Assembly (NCBI GenBank): GCA_002441005.1
Contig: DJWO01000001.1
Span: 64,155-128,154 of the forward strand
Reading direction: 5' to 3'
DNA: 64,000 nucleotides
Origin: Candidatus Aminicenantes bacterium UBA6228
Lineage (GTDB): Bacteria; Acidobacteriota; Aminicenantia; Aminicenantales; Saccharicenantaceae
Part shown: positions 46,797-55,008 of the stretch, piece by piece
Numbering within the stretch: position 1 is the stretch's first letter
Layout: each line of letters opens with the position of its first letter
Position numbers and translations under genes: made by a program
The notes under the pieces: model-generated
Databases searched by the model: none
What the model was told of the DNA's origin: nothing
What the model saw: only the letters and a program-made list of their open reading frames with translations

Positions 46797-48533
46797 ATGG
46801 CTAAAACTCAATCACCCCTGCCTGTTTCCTACTGGGAGCTTCAAAAAAAACAAAGGATTGTTTCCACTCTTTTATTTATTTTTCTTTTTATTTTCTATCT
46901 GGTTGCTATCGGCCTGCTTCTGACCATAATTCTCCTTGGAGGGCAGGTTTTCCTGCCTGGCTCCAATCCATTTTCCTCTTCGAATTTATTTTTATATGCA
47001 GCAGTCGCCACTTTACTGGCGGCAGTGGTCACGGTCTTAAACTTTCTCCAGGCGAAAAAGGCTGGGGTCAGTTATATTCTGAGTAACCTCCGGGCTTACC
47101 CGCCAGACCCTGATGACCGTTATCATTTGAGTTTTATTAATGTGGCTGAAGAGATGAAAATTTCTTCCGGGCTTCCCCGCCTTAAGACTTATGTTATCCC
47201 TTCGGTCAACATTAATTCTCTCTCGCTTTTCGATCAGGACAATACTCCAGCCATAGCCGTAACCGAAGGGCTGCTGGCTGAAGCCAGCCGCGACGAACTC
47301 CAGGCAGTAGCTGCTCATGAAGCCGCTCATATCCAGAAGGGCGACACTTTTCTTTTGACTCTGATCTGTTCTCTGACCGCTTTTTATGAAAAGTTCTTAG
47401 ATTCGCTGGAAAAAGAGCCAGAAGATTATCAGCGCTTCCAGCTCTCCCGCACCGGCCACCAGGCCACCTCTGCTCCCTTAGCTTATGTGGCCAGTTCAAT
47501 CTCCTTTCTCTTGATTAAATTTTTTACCATGCTGGTTTCGCAGAACCGGGAGCTGCTGGCTGATGCCACCGCCGTTGAATTAAGCCGGGATCCCGCTGCT
47601 CTGGCCCGGATTATTTATAAAGCCTGGATAGCTAATTCTTACCTGGGAGATACCTCTACTCTGACGCCTCTTTTCCTGGTTCCACCGGACTCAAAAGAGA
47701 CTACTGATAACCGCTGGAGCCGGCTGTTCAGTACTCATCCACCTGTGGAAAAAAGGCTGAGTCTGCTGGCCGGGATGACTCACCGGACGGTAGAAGAAAT
47801 AAAAAATGAGGTCAGACAGCAAGAGAAACAAAGAGAAGATAGCCGCCAGGTCATCCAGGCTTCGCTCGAAGGTGGTTATCCGGAAAAGGAAAAAGCTATC
47901 TTAAATTTAAAAGAACAGGCCGAGACTGAGCTCCACAAAACTGAGGTCTGGGAAATCAAACAGGCCGGAGGGCAATGGGCCGGGCCCTTTACCCTCGGGG
48001 CCCTGGTTTCCCAGCCGTCTTTCAGCCCGGCCATCAGGGTTAGAAACCTTAAAGAAAACCGCCAGGGCCGGGCCCTGGAATTTCCTCAAATCAGGTTTGC
48101 CCTCTATCGCCAGGCCAAGAATCAGCCAGTTGACCCGGCCTTAGCCAATCTGTGCCCGGCCTGCCAGACCGGGCTCCAGGAGTCTTTTTACGAAGGAGTC
48201 CAGATCAAAATCTGTCCTGCCTGCTCGGGCCAGCTGATCAGAATGGCTGACATTGAAAAAGTCCTGGCCCGCCAGGAATATGATTTTTCGCCAGCTCTTA
48301 GAGAGAAAGCCAGCCTTTATCAGGAAGCACTGCTAAACCCGGGCAAAAGGGCCTTAGTTTTTCCCAAAAAGAAACCTCTCCCCTGCCCGGCTTGTGGACT
48401 TCAACTGGTGGTTAAACCTTTTAATTACTATTATGTTTTCCCTGTCTATAAATGCTATCGATGCCAGTTGATCTGGTTTGAGACTGATGAACTGGAAATC
48501 CTTCAGATTCTTTTCCAGAACCGGGATCATTAG
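46797..48533 (+). CDS. HtpX-like M48 zinc metalloprotease with C-terminal GYF-like segment and two zinc ribbons
   Basis: 578 aa. Two N-terminal TM helices. HEAAH zinc motif, then a further TM hairpin and downstream Glu region (NRELLAD). Coiled-coil linker. GYF/DUF4339-like segment W-x-I-x(4)-G-Q-W-x-G-P-F. Two CPxC-x15-18-CxxC ribbons (CPACQT...CPACSG and CPACGL...CYRCQ). Confidence 0.7.
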   Translation: MAKTQSPLPVSYWELQKKQRIVSTLLFIFLFIFYLVAIGLLLTIILLGGQVFLPGSNPFSSSNLFLYAAVATLLAAVVTVLNFLQAKKAGVSYILSNLRAYPPDPDDRYHLSFINVAEEMKISSGLPRLKTYVIPSVNINSLSLFDQDNTPAIAVTEGLLAEASRDELQAVAAHEAAHIQKGDTFLLTLICSLTAFYEKFLDSLEKEPEDYQRFQLSRTGHQATSAPLAYVASSISFLLIKFFTMLVSQNRELLADATAVELSRDPAALARIIYKAWIANSYLGDTSTLTPLFLVPPDSKETTDNRWSRLFSTHPPVEKRLSLLAGMTHRTVEEIKNEVRQQEKQREDSRQVIQASLEGGYPEKEKAILNLKEQAETELHKTEVWEIKQAGGQWAGPFTLGALVSQPSFSPAIRVRNLKENRQGRALEFPQIRFALYRQAKNQPVDPALANLCPACQTGLQESFYEGVQIKICPACSGQLIRMADIEKVLARQEYDFSPALREKASLYQEALLNPGKRALVFPKKKPLPCPACGLQLVVKPFNYYYVFPVYKCYRCQLIWFETDELEILQILFQNRDH

Positions 48534-48765
48534 AGTAAAAACATTTCTGCCTTACTGTCCGGGCCGACTCCTGGTGAACTTCAGGGCATTTCTGTATCAG
48601 AAGAGCTCATCTCCGCCTGAAAAAAAGATAACTGTCAGGGCAGGGGGAATTTCATCTGGAGATTCACCTCTAAGGGTGATTGAAGATGAGAAACCGAAGT
48701 GAGATACCATAAGTGCAATGGCCGAAATCCCAGTTTGGGGTTAATTTTTGAAAGAGGGTAAGACC

Positions 48766-50577
48766 ATGACGAAAAACAAAATCCTGCTGATAGACTTCGA
48801 CAACGAGTTCCTGAAATTTCTGGGCCAGGCCTTAAGCCAGGAAGGGTATGAAATCCAGACAGCAACTGATGGCCTGGCCGGCTTTGAAAAATTTTCTGAG
48901 TTTCAACCGGATCTGGTCATCATGGAAGCGATGCTGCCCAAATTCCACGGTTTTGAACTCTGTTCGCGTATTACTTCCCATCCGACCAAAAAAGCACCGG
49001 TTATAATTGTTACCGGAATTTACAAAGATTCTGTTTATAAAACCGAGGCTTTAAAAAGCCTGGGAGCTTCCGCCTTTTTTGAGAAGCCATTGAATCTCGA
49101 AGCCCTGCTGACCAGAGTTTATGAGCTGATTGGTAAGCCAGAGGTCAAAAAGCACCAGGTTAAGACTGAAGAAGATAAAGACCTGGATGAGTTATTGAAA
49201 CAAGCTCTGGCTTCGGCTTATACTCCTGCTCAGTCTTCACCAACTGTCAAAACAGTTGAAAAGACTCCCCGGAGAGAAGAAATTAGAAAGACTCCACCTA
49301 CCCCCCAGGATGATGAAATAGATCTGATTTTGAAATCGAAACTTAAAGACCTGATTTCAACTTCAGAGGAAAAAACAGCGGCAGCCGCCGTTCACCAGGC
49401 CCCGGCTTCAGCTCCGCCTAAAAAGGCTGAAGCCCCCAGGCCGGCACCAGTGACTCAAACTAAAAAGCCGGAACCGGCTGTAAGTCAAGCCTCAACCGGA
49501 AGCCAGGCTGTTAAAAAGCTGGCTGAAAAAGAAGCAAAGACTACCGGTCTCAGTCAAACTATGAGACCTGAACCAAGAGCTCCCCAGAAATCTGATCAAC
49601 CGAGAACCAGTCCTCCAGCGGCGGCCAGTTTCGAAGAGACCTCCAGGCCAGCACCGGCTGCCGTTAATCCTTTTAAGGCTTATACCGAAAGCAACGGGAA
49701 AAAGAGTACCAGGAAGAGTCCGGCCAAATATATTGGCCTGGCGGCCTCGGCCCTGGCCGTCATCGGGCTGGTTGCCTTTTTAACTTTAAACAAGAAAAAA
49801 ACTCCAGAATTTTCGGGCCAGCCGGCCAACCAGACAGCTGCCCTGCAAACAGCTGGAGCTGATCAGAACCAGAGCCTGCCAGTTCAAGACAATCTTAATA
49901 AGGAAGAAGATATAAATAAAGAAATCGAAAAACAGATGGCCGAATACCGCAGTCAGCAGGCCCGGGCAGATAAAAATGCTCCCTCTGCCGCCAATCAGAA
50001 CCTGAAAGGCAGCCCGGCCGGCCGGACTTCTAATAAAACGGCGGCTATTCCGGCTGCACCTATTATTCCTGAGGAAACACCAAAAATAGAAGTAAATATG
50101 GAGAGCGGACAACAAACCACAGTTCCAGCTCAATCTAATCCAGCTCCAGTGACCTCCGTTCAACCTGAAGAAACAAAAGTGAACAATGAAGAGCCTCCGG
50201 TCACAGCCAGTCAGGACAATCAGGCCAAAACTGAAGACCAGCCGGTTAGCCTGGCCAGCCAGAAGGCTAAGCCAGGGGAAGTCTTTCCCCTTTCTGCCGT
50301 TGATGTCGAACCAAAAGTAGTTAAGAGTATAGACCCCATCTACCCCGAAGTTGACCGACGGGCAGGCGTCAGGGGCAATATTATCGTCAACGCCCTGATT
50401 TCAGAAAATGGCGATGTCCTGGAGGCGGTGGTAATTAGGGGAATCAGTGGCTCAGTCACTTTAGAGAAAGAGGCCGTTTCGGCCGTCAAAAAATGGAAGT
50501 TCTTGCCAGCTGAAAAAGATGGTGTTAAAGTAAAGGTCTGGAAACCAATTACCATTGGTTTCGGTTTAAATAAATAG
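48766..50577 (+). CDS. Pseudo-receiver (REC, Asp->Glu)-Pro/Ala-rich linker-TM-TonB C-terminal domain fusion
   Basis: Start at ATG 48766 (MTKNKILLID), with RBS agaggg upstream. The ORF-track start at 48748 is a TTG. Residues 1-125 align position by position with CheY-like REC (KILLIDFDNEF, Thr in VIIVTGI, Lys in FFEKP), but the phospho-acceptor position reads DLVIMEAMLP, with Glu instead of Asp. About 200-aa P/A/K/E-rich linker. One TM helix (IGLAASALAVIGLVAFL). Periplasmic segment. C-terminal TonB_C fold signature (EPKVVKSIDPIYPEVDRRAGVRGNIIVNALISENGDV...KKWKF). Confidence 0.7.
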   Translation: MTKNKILLIDFDNEFLKFLGQALSQEGYEIQTATDGLAGFEKFSEFQPDLVIMEAMLPKFHGFELCSRITSHPTKKAPVIIVTGIYKDSVYKTEALKSLGASAFFEKPLNLEALLTRVYELIGKPEVKKHQVKTEEDKDLDELLKQALASAYTPAQSSPTVKTVEKTPRREEIRKTPPTPQDDEIDLILKSKLKDLISTSEEKTAAAAVHQAPASAPPKKAEAPRPAPVTQTKKPEPAVSQASTGSQAVKKLAEKEAKTTGLSQTMRPEPRAPQKSDQPRTSPPAAASFEETSRPAPAAVNPFKAYTESNGKKSTRKSPAKYIGLAASALAVIGLVAFLTLNKKKTPEFSGQPANQTAALQTAGADQNQSLPVQDNLNKEEDINKEIEKQMAEYRSQQARADKNAPSAANQNLKGSPAGRTSNKTAAIPAAPIIPEETPKIEVNMESGQQTTVPAQSNPAPVTSVQPEETKVNNEEPPVTASQDNQAKTEDQPVSLASQKAKPGEVFPLSAVDVEPKVVKSIDPIYPEVDRRAGVRGNIIVNALISENGDVLEAVVIRGISGSVTLEKEAVSAVKKWKFLPAEKDGVKVKVWKPITIGFGLNK

Positions 50578-50603
50578 ACCGGAGAGAAGTAAGGAGTCAA
50601 AAG

Positions 50604-50843
50604 ATGGGCATCTCAAAAGATCAAGAAGAGCTTTATAAGAAGACTCTGGAAGATGTGCGCAGCCAGCTTTCAGATATTGACGCCGAGGTAGAAAAAGAGC
50701 TGCAGCGGGTCAGACAAACCCTGGCTCAACTGCAGGAGCAGAAAAAATCATTGAAGATGGTTTATGAAGGAATTGCCAAGCTCCTCGGAATCGAAAGTGA
50801 TCTGGAAGACGACTCGGCTGAGACTAGCATCCCAAAGATGTAA
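50604..50843 (+). CDS. Small coiled-coil hypothetical protein
   Basis: 79 aa, 26 nt downstream of the REC-TonB gene on the same strand. Heptad-like charged helix (EELYKKTLEDVRSQLSDIDAEVEKELQRVRQTLAQLQEQKKSLK). No known motif. Confidence 0.35.
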   Translation: MGISKDQEELYKKTLEDVRSQLSDIDAEVEKELQRVRQTLAQLQEQKKSLKMVYEGIAKLLGIESDLEDDSAETSIPKM

Positions 50844-50984
50844 TCATTGATATAGAAGCAACCTGGCCAGAGCCTCACCTTTCTTTCGATTGACCTTTAA
50901 AACCGAGAGGGAAAAGGGTCTTGTCTTGCCAAATAGCTCTTTTTGAGGTATTTTTATACTTTAAATTTTACCCTGGATACCCTG

Positions 50985-51632
50985 ATGTTTATGCTTATTG
51001 GCTTTCTGATCGGGTTCTTTGCAGCTGTTCCGGTTGGCCCGGTCAATATTTACATTGTCTCTCAGACTCTCAAGAGAGACTTTTTTCATGGGATGATAGC
51101 CGGGCTGCTCACTGCCCTGCTTGATCTGACTTTCTGTTTAGTTTCTCTTATTGGCTTCTTTCATATTTCTCTAAATCTTTCAGATTATAGTTTCTGGCTT
51201 AAACTGGCCGCTGGAGCCATCTTGCTTTTTCTTGGCTTGAAATTATTTCACGATGCCAGGGCTTTTAAGCTCAATACCGAAAAAAATGGTCCGGTTTCCA
51301 AAACTGCCCGGCCTCTCTTCGGGGTAATTCTATTGTATGTCTCCAATCCCTCTCTCTACGCTTTCTGGATTGGAGTGGCCGGGGCAGTGAATGCTCATGG
51401 CCTGCTTAAGAACGGATTCTGGCCAGCTGTCTTCTTCGGTCTATCCTGCGGCCTGGGTGCTCTTCTCTGGTACTTCTTTTTAGTCAGGCTGGTTTCTCAT
51501 CATCAAGCCAGATTCCAGGAGACTACTTTTAAAAAATTGTTTATCATCCTGGGACTCTTTTTGATTGGTTTTGCTCTTTTTACTTTTGTTTCAGCCTTTG
51601 CCAATATTAAACTGGCCGGCCAGGTGTTTTGA
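50985..51632 (+). CDS. LysE/RhtB-family amino-acid efflux translocator
   Basis: Start at ATG 50985 (MFMLIGFLIGFFAAVPVGPVNIY). The ORF-track start at 50943 is a TTG. Six TM helices. LysE-type N-terminal PVGP motif. Confidence 0.7.
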   Translation: MFMLIGFLIGFFAAVPVGPVNIYIVSQTLKRDFFHGMIAGLLTALLDLTFCLVSLIGFFHISLNLSDYSFWLKLAAGAILLFLGLKLFHDARAFKLNTEKNGPVSKTARPLFGVILLYVSNPSLYAFWIGVAGAVNAHGLLKNGFWPAVFFGLSCGLGALLWYFFLVRLVSHHQARFQETTFKKLFIILGLFLIGFALFTFVSAFANIKLAGQVF

Positions 51633-51690
51633 ATCTGGACTCGATAAAATAGTTTTCTTTTTGCTTACCTTTTTGCTAATATCCTAATCT

Positions 51691-54600
51691 ATGACCGGGG
51701 AGTTAATTCTACCAAAAGATACGGAGGTTTCCAGGCCGGAGTTTATCTTACTTGAGGCTTCCGCCGGTACCGGTAAAACTCATGCTCTGACCTTAAGGTT
51801 TGCTCAATTTCTGCTGTCAGATAAAATCAGGAATAACCAGCTCAATCAAATTCTGGCCATCACCTTCACTCATAACGCCGCCAATGAAATGAAAGACAGA
51901 ATAATCGGTTGGCTTAAAGTCACCCACTTTGGGCAGGACACGGCCCGGCTGAAAGACATTAAAGAGCTGGTCAGCCTGCCGGCAGAAGCTTTTCCCGGCC
52001 GGGCCGAAGAAAAGCTGGAATATCTTTTTGACCATTACAGCGACTTTCAGGTCACAACCATTGACAGCTTCATGACCGATGTTTTTAAGGCGTCTGCCAT
52101 AGAAATGGGCTTCAGCCCTGACTTTGGCATTACTCTCAATACCGCCCCGGTCATCAATTACGCCTTTTACCGGTATTTAAGAAATATTACAGCCGAATCA
52201 CAAGATGGACAGTTATTGCTCAGGATTACGGATAGCCTTAAAGAAATGAAAGGCAGCGATAAAGCCTTCCTCTGGAATCCGGCTGATGAAATTCTCGAGA
52301 CCTTTACTCAGTTTTATCGAAAACTGGAGGCTCTTTACCGCCAGCCTGAAATTAAAAGACCGGAGGAGTTCCAGCTGGAGCTCGAGAAAGCTGAACGTGA
52401 CTGGCATGGCTCTCTACAAAAATTGCGTCAGCTCTTGATAAATACACCTCTGGAAAGAGCTGAGCGCTCGGCCATCTGGCGACGTTTGAACTCAGATAAT
52501 ATAAGGGATTGGTTCGATTGCTCGTTTAAAACTGACCCTGTCAAAAAAACAGAATCGCCTGATCGGCTGGCGATTTATCAGGAAGTTAATAAAGGCCTGA
52601 ATGCTTTTAAAGAAAAGCTAAAAAAATATAAAAGGCTCTATGCCGCCTCTTATTTTCAGCCTCATCTTCAGGTTTATCACCGGCTCCTCGACCGTCTGGA
52701 TTTTATCAAAAAAGAAAAGGGCCTGATTTTTCTGGACGATGTCAATCGCCATCTGGCTGCTTATCTTCAGACCGGCGTGGTGCCCGACATCTATCTTTGC
52801 CTCGGTGGCCAGATTTACCATTTCCTGATTGATGAATTTCAGGATACCTCCCCTATTCAATGGAAGAATCTGGTACCACTGATCGATAATGCCCTTTCCC
52901 AGGGTGGAAGTTTGTTCATCGTTGGCGACACCAAACAGGCAATTTATGGCTTCCGGGAAGCTGATTATCAGATCATGGTTGACCTGAAAAAAGGGGACGA
53001 AAAATTCTATTCAGTTGAGGTCTGTGTCAAACCGCTGGTTACCAACCGCCGTAGCCGGCAAGCTATCCTTGATTTTGTCTCGAGCATTTTCCCCAAAGGA
53101 ATTAAGAGCCTGGATGTCGGCCAGGATAATAAGAAAATGGCTGATAAGATAGAGCCCTGGAAGCAAGCCGCCAACAGCAGCGGGCTGGATAACTTCGAAT
53201 GTCAGGGAGTTGAGGATAAAACTCAAGGTGGCGGTGACATTTTTCCCGGTTACGTGGAAATGGAGTTTTTTCAACCGCCCCAAAAATCAAAAAATAAGGA
53301 CGAACAGACCGAAGATAATGGCGAAGAAGTTCCCTCCGGGCCGGAGGCCGAAGAAGAGGTTGAGCTGGAAGACGCAGCCCTCAAAAAAAGAGTTCAGGAA
53401 CTGATCCCTGATCTTCAAAAACGTGGCTATGACCTCTCGGATATAACCATTTTAGCCTACAAAAACGAGACGGTGGTCAGAGCCGCCTCCTGGTTAAATG
53501 AGAAACAAATCCCCTTTGTGACCTTTTCTTCACTTGATATCAGACAGCGGCCGGTTATTAAAGAAATTATGGCTCTGTTGCAGTTTCTTGATTTTCCACT
53601 CGATAATCTGAACTTTTCTACTTTTCTTCTTGGCGGTCTTTTTCAAAACAAGCTCAGAGCTGATGGCCATTCCGGGCAAGAAAGGGAGAAACTTGCGGAA
53701 TTCATTCTGGAAACCAGGCTCAGGAGCGGCCAGAAAGATTATCCCCTTTACACTTATTTCAAGCAAAAATATCAGGATCTCTGGGAATCATATTTTGAGC
53801 CTCTTTACAGGACAGTTGGCTATTTGCCTCTTTATGATCTGGTCAGCGAGATTTACCGCACCTTTTCTGTTTTTGATCCCGGCCTTACCGGTGATGAACA
53901 GTCTTCGCTGATTAAACTTCTGGAAGTTATAAAACAATTTGAGGGTGAGGGCGGCAGCAATCTCCGGGATTTTATGCGATTTTCCGGAGAAGAAACAGAA
54001 GACACTTCAGTTTGGACAGTGGATGTGCCCGAAAGTATTAAGGCGGTCAGGATTATGACCATCCATAAGGCCAAGGGACTTGAATCCCCGGTGATCATTT
54101 TGCTTCTCTACCGCGAACAAAGCCAGTCTATTCCCTTTTTCCTTAAAGAAGAAGATAGCGGCCAGGGGCCGGCCCGGGTAAAGGTTCTTAAGCTTTCTAA
54201 AGACATCATTTCCGACGATGAAGAATTAAAAGAAATCCACCAAGAAGCCACCAGAAAGGAACTGGCCAATCGGTTGAATACTTTTTACGTCGCCCTGACC
54301 AGAGCTAAAGAAGAGCTTTATATTTTAGGGCAGCGTGGCCAAAAAAATTATTTCCCTTTTAACTTTTTAGAATCATTAGGTTTTCCACTAGATCAGAAAT
54401 TTCAATCGGCCGAAGAGAAGCCGGCCAGAAAAGCCAGGCAAACAGCTGGCGGCCTTCCCGGCCAGCTGGAAATGCCGAATCCACCTCTCAGTTTTCTCCA
54501 TGAAGCTCCGGACAGATTCCGTCTGGTTAAAAATCTTCCCCATTACCGTCAGGAGAGGCGTGGTGAGTTAATTCATGCCATCCTCGAGAAAATTGATTTC

Positions 54601-55008
54601 CTGGAAGAGAACCTTGAGGAGCAACTGGAAAAAATCATCTCTGACCGGGCCTTCCGAAAATATCAGGCAGAAGAAAAGGAAGAGGCCAGAAAATCTCTCC
54701 TCCAGTTTTTAAAGAGACCGGAGGTGGCTGAATTTTTTAGACAGCGGCCGGGCCGGGAGGTAAGAACAGAAGCCGATATGGTAAATAGACAAGGTGAGCT
54801 TTACCGCACTGACCGCCTGCTGATCGAGCCTGAAGTCATCTCGATTATTGATTTTAAAACAGGCCAGTTCTCCGATGAGGCTATTAAAAAAGGTCACGCC
54901 AGGCAGGTAAAAAACTATAAGGCTATTCTCGAAGAAATATATCCAGGCAGAAAGATAAGTGGCTGGCTTCTTTATATTGATTCTGCTGAGCGGGAGGAGG
55001 TTCTTTGA
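51691..55008 (+). CDS. addA: ATP-dependent helicase/nuclease subunit A (UvrD-like helicase with C-terminal PD-(D/E)xK nuclease)
   Basis: 1105 aa. Walker A EASAGTGKTHAL. Motif II FLIDEFQDTSPIQW. Motif VI-like VALTRAKEELY. C-terminal RecB-type nuclease (IIDFKTG...QVKNYKAILEE). Confidence 0.8.
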   Translation: MTGELILPKDTEVSRPEFILLEASAGTGKTHALTLRFAQFLLSDKIRNNQLNQILAITFTHNAANEMKDRIIGWLKVTHFGQDTARLKDIKELVSLPAEAFPGRAEEKLEYLFDHYSDFQVTTIDSFMTDVFKASAIEMGFSPDFGITLNTAPVINYAFYRYLRNITAESQDGQLLLRITDSLKEMKGSDKAFLWNPADEILETFTQFYRKLEALYRQPEIKRPEEFQLELEKAERDWHGSLQKLRQLLINTPLERAERSAIWRRLNSDNIRDWFDCSFKTDPVKKTESPDRLAIYQEVNKGLNAFKEKLKKYKRLYAASYFQPHLQVYHRLLDRLDFIKKEKGLIFLDDVNRHLAAYLQTGVVPDIYLCLGGQIYHFLIDEFQDTSPIQWKNLVPLIDNALSQGGSLFIVGDTKQAIYGFREADYQIMVDLKKGDEKFYSVEVCVKPLVTNRRSRQAILDFVSSIFPKGIKSLDVGQDNKKMADKIEPWKQAANSSGLDNFECQGVEDKTQGGGDIFPGYVEMEFFQPPQKSKNKDEQTEDNGEEVPSGPEAEEEVELEDAALKKRVQELIPDLQKRGYDLSDITILAYKNETVVRAASWLNEKQIPFVTFSSLDIRQRPVIKEIMALLQFLDFPLDNLNFSTFLLGGLFQNKLRADGHSGQEREKLAEFILETRLRSGQKDYPLYTYFKQKYQDLWESYFEPLYRTVGYLPLYDLVSEIYRTFSVFDPGLTGDEQSSLIKLLEVIKQFEGEGGSNLRDFMRFSGEETEDTSVWTVDVPESIKAVRIMTIHKAKGLESPVIILLLYREQSQSIPFFLKEEDSGQGPARVKVLKLSKDIISDDEELKEIHQEATRKELANRLNTFYVALTRAKEELYILGQRGQKNYFPFNFLESLGFPLDQKFQSAEEKPARKARQTAGGLPGQLEMPNPPLSFLHEAPDRFRLVKNLPHYRQERRGELIHAILEKIDFLEENLEEQLEKIISDRAFRKYQAEEKEEARKSLLQFLKRPEVAEFFRQRPGREVRTEADMVNRQGELYRTDRLLIEPEVISIIDFKTGQFSDEAIKKGHARQVKNYKAILEEIYPGRKISGWLLYIDSAEREEVL

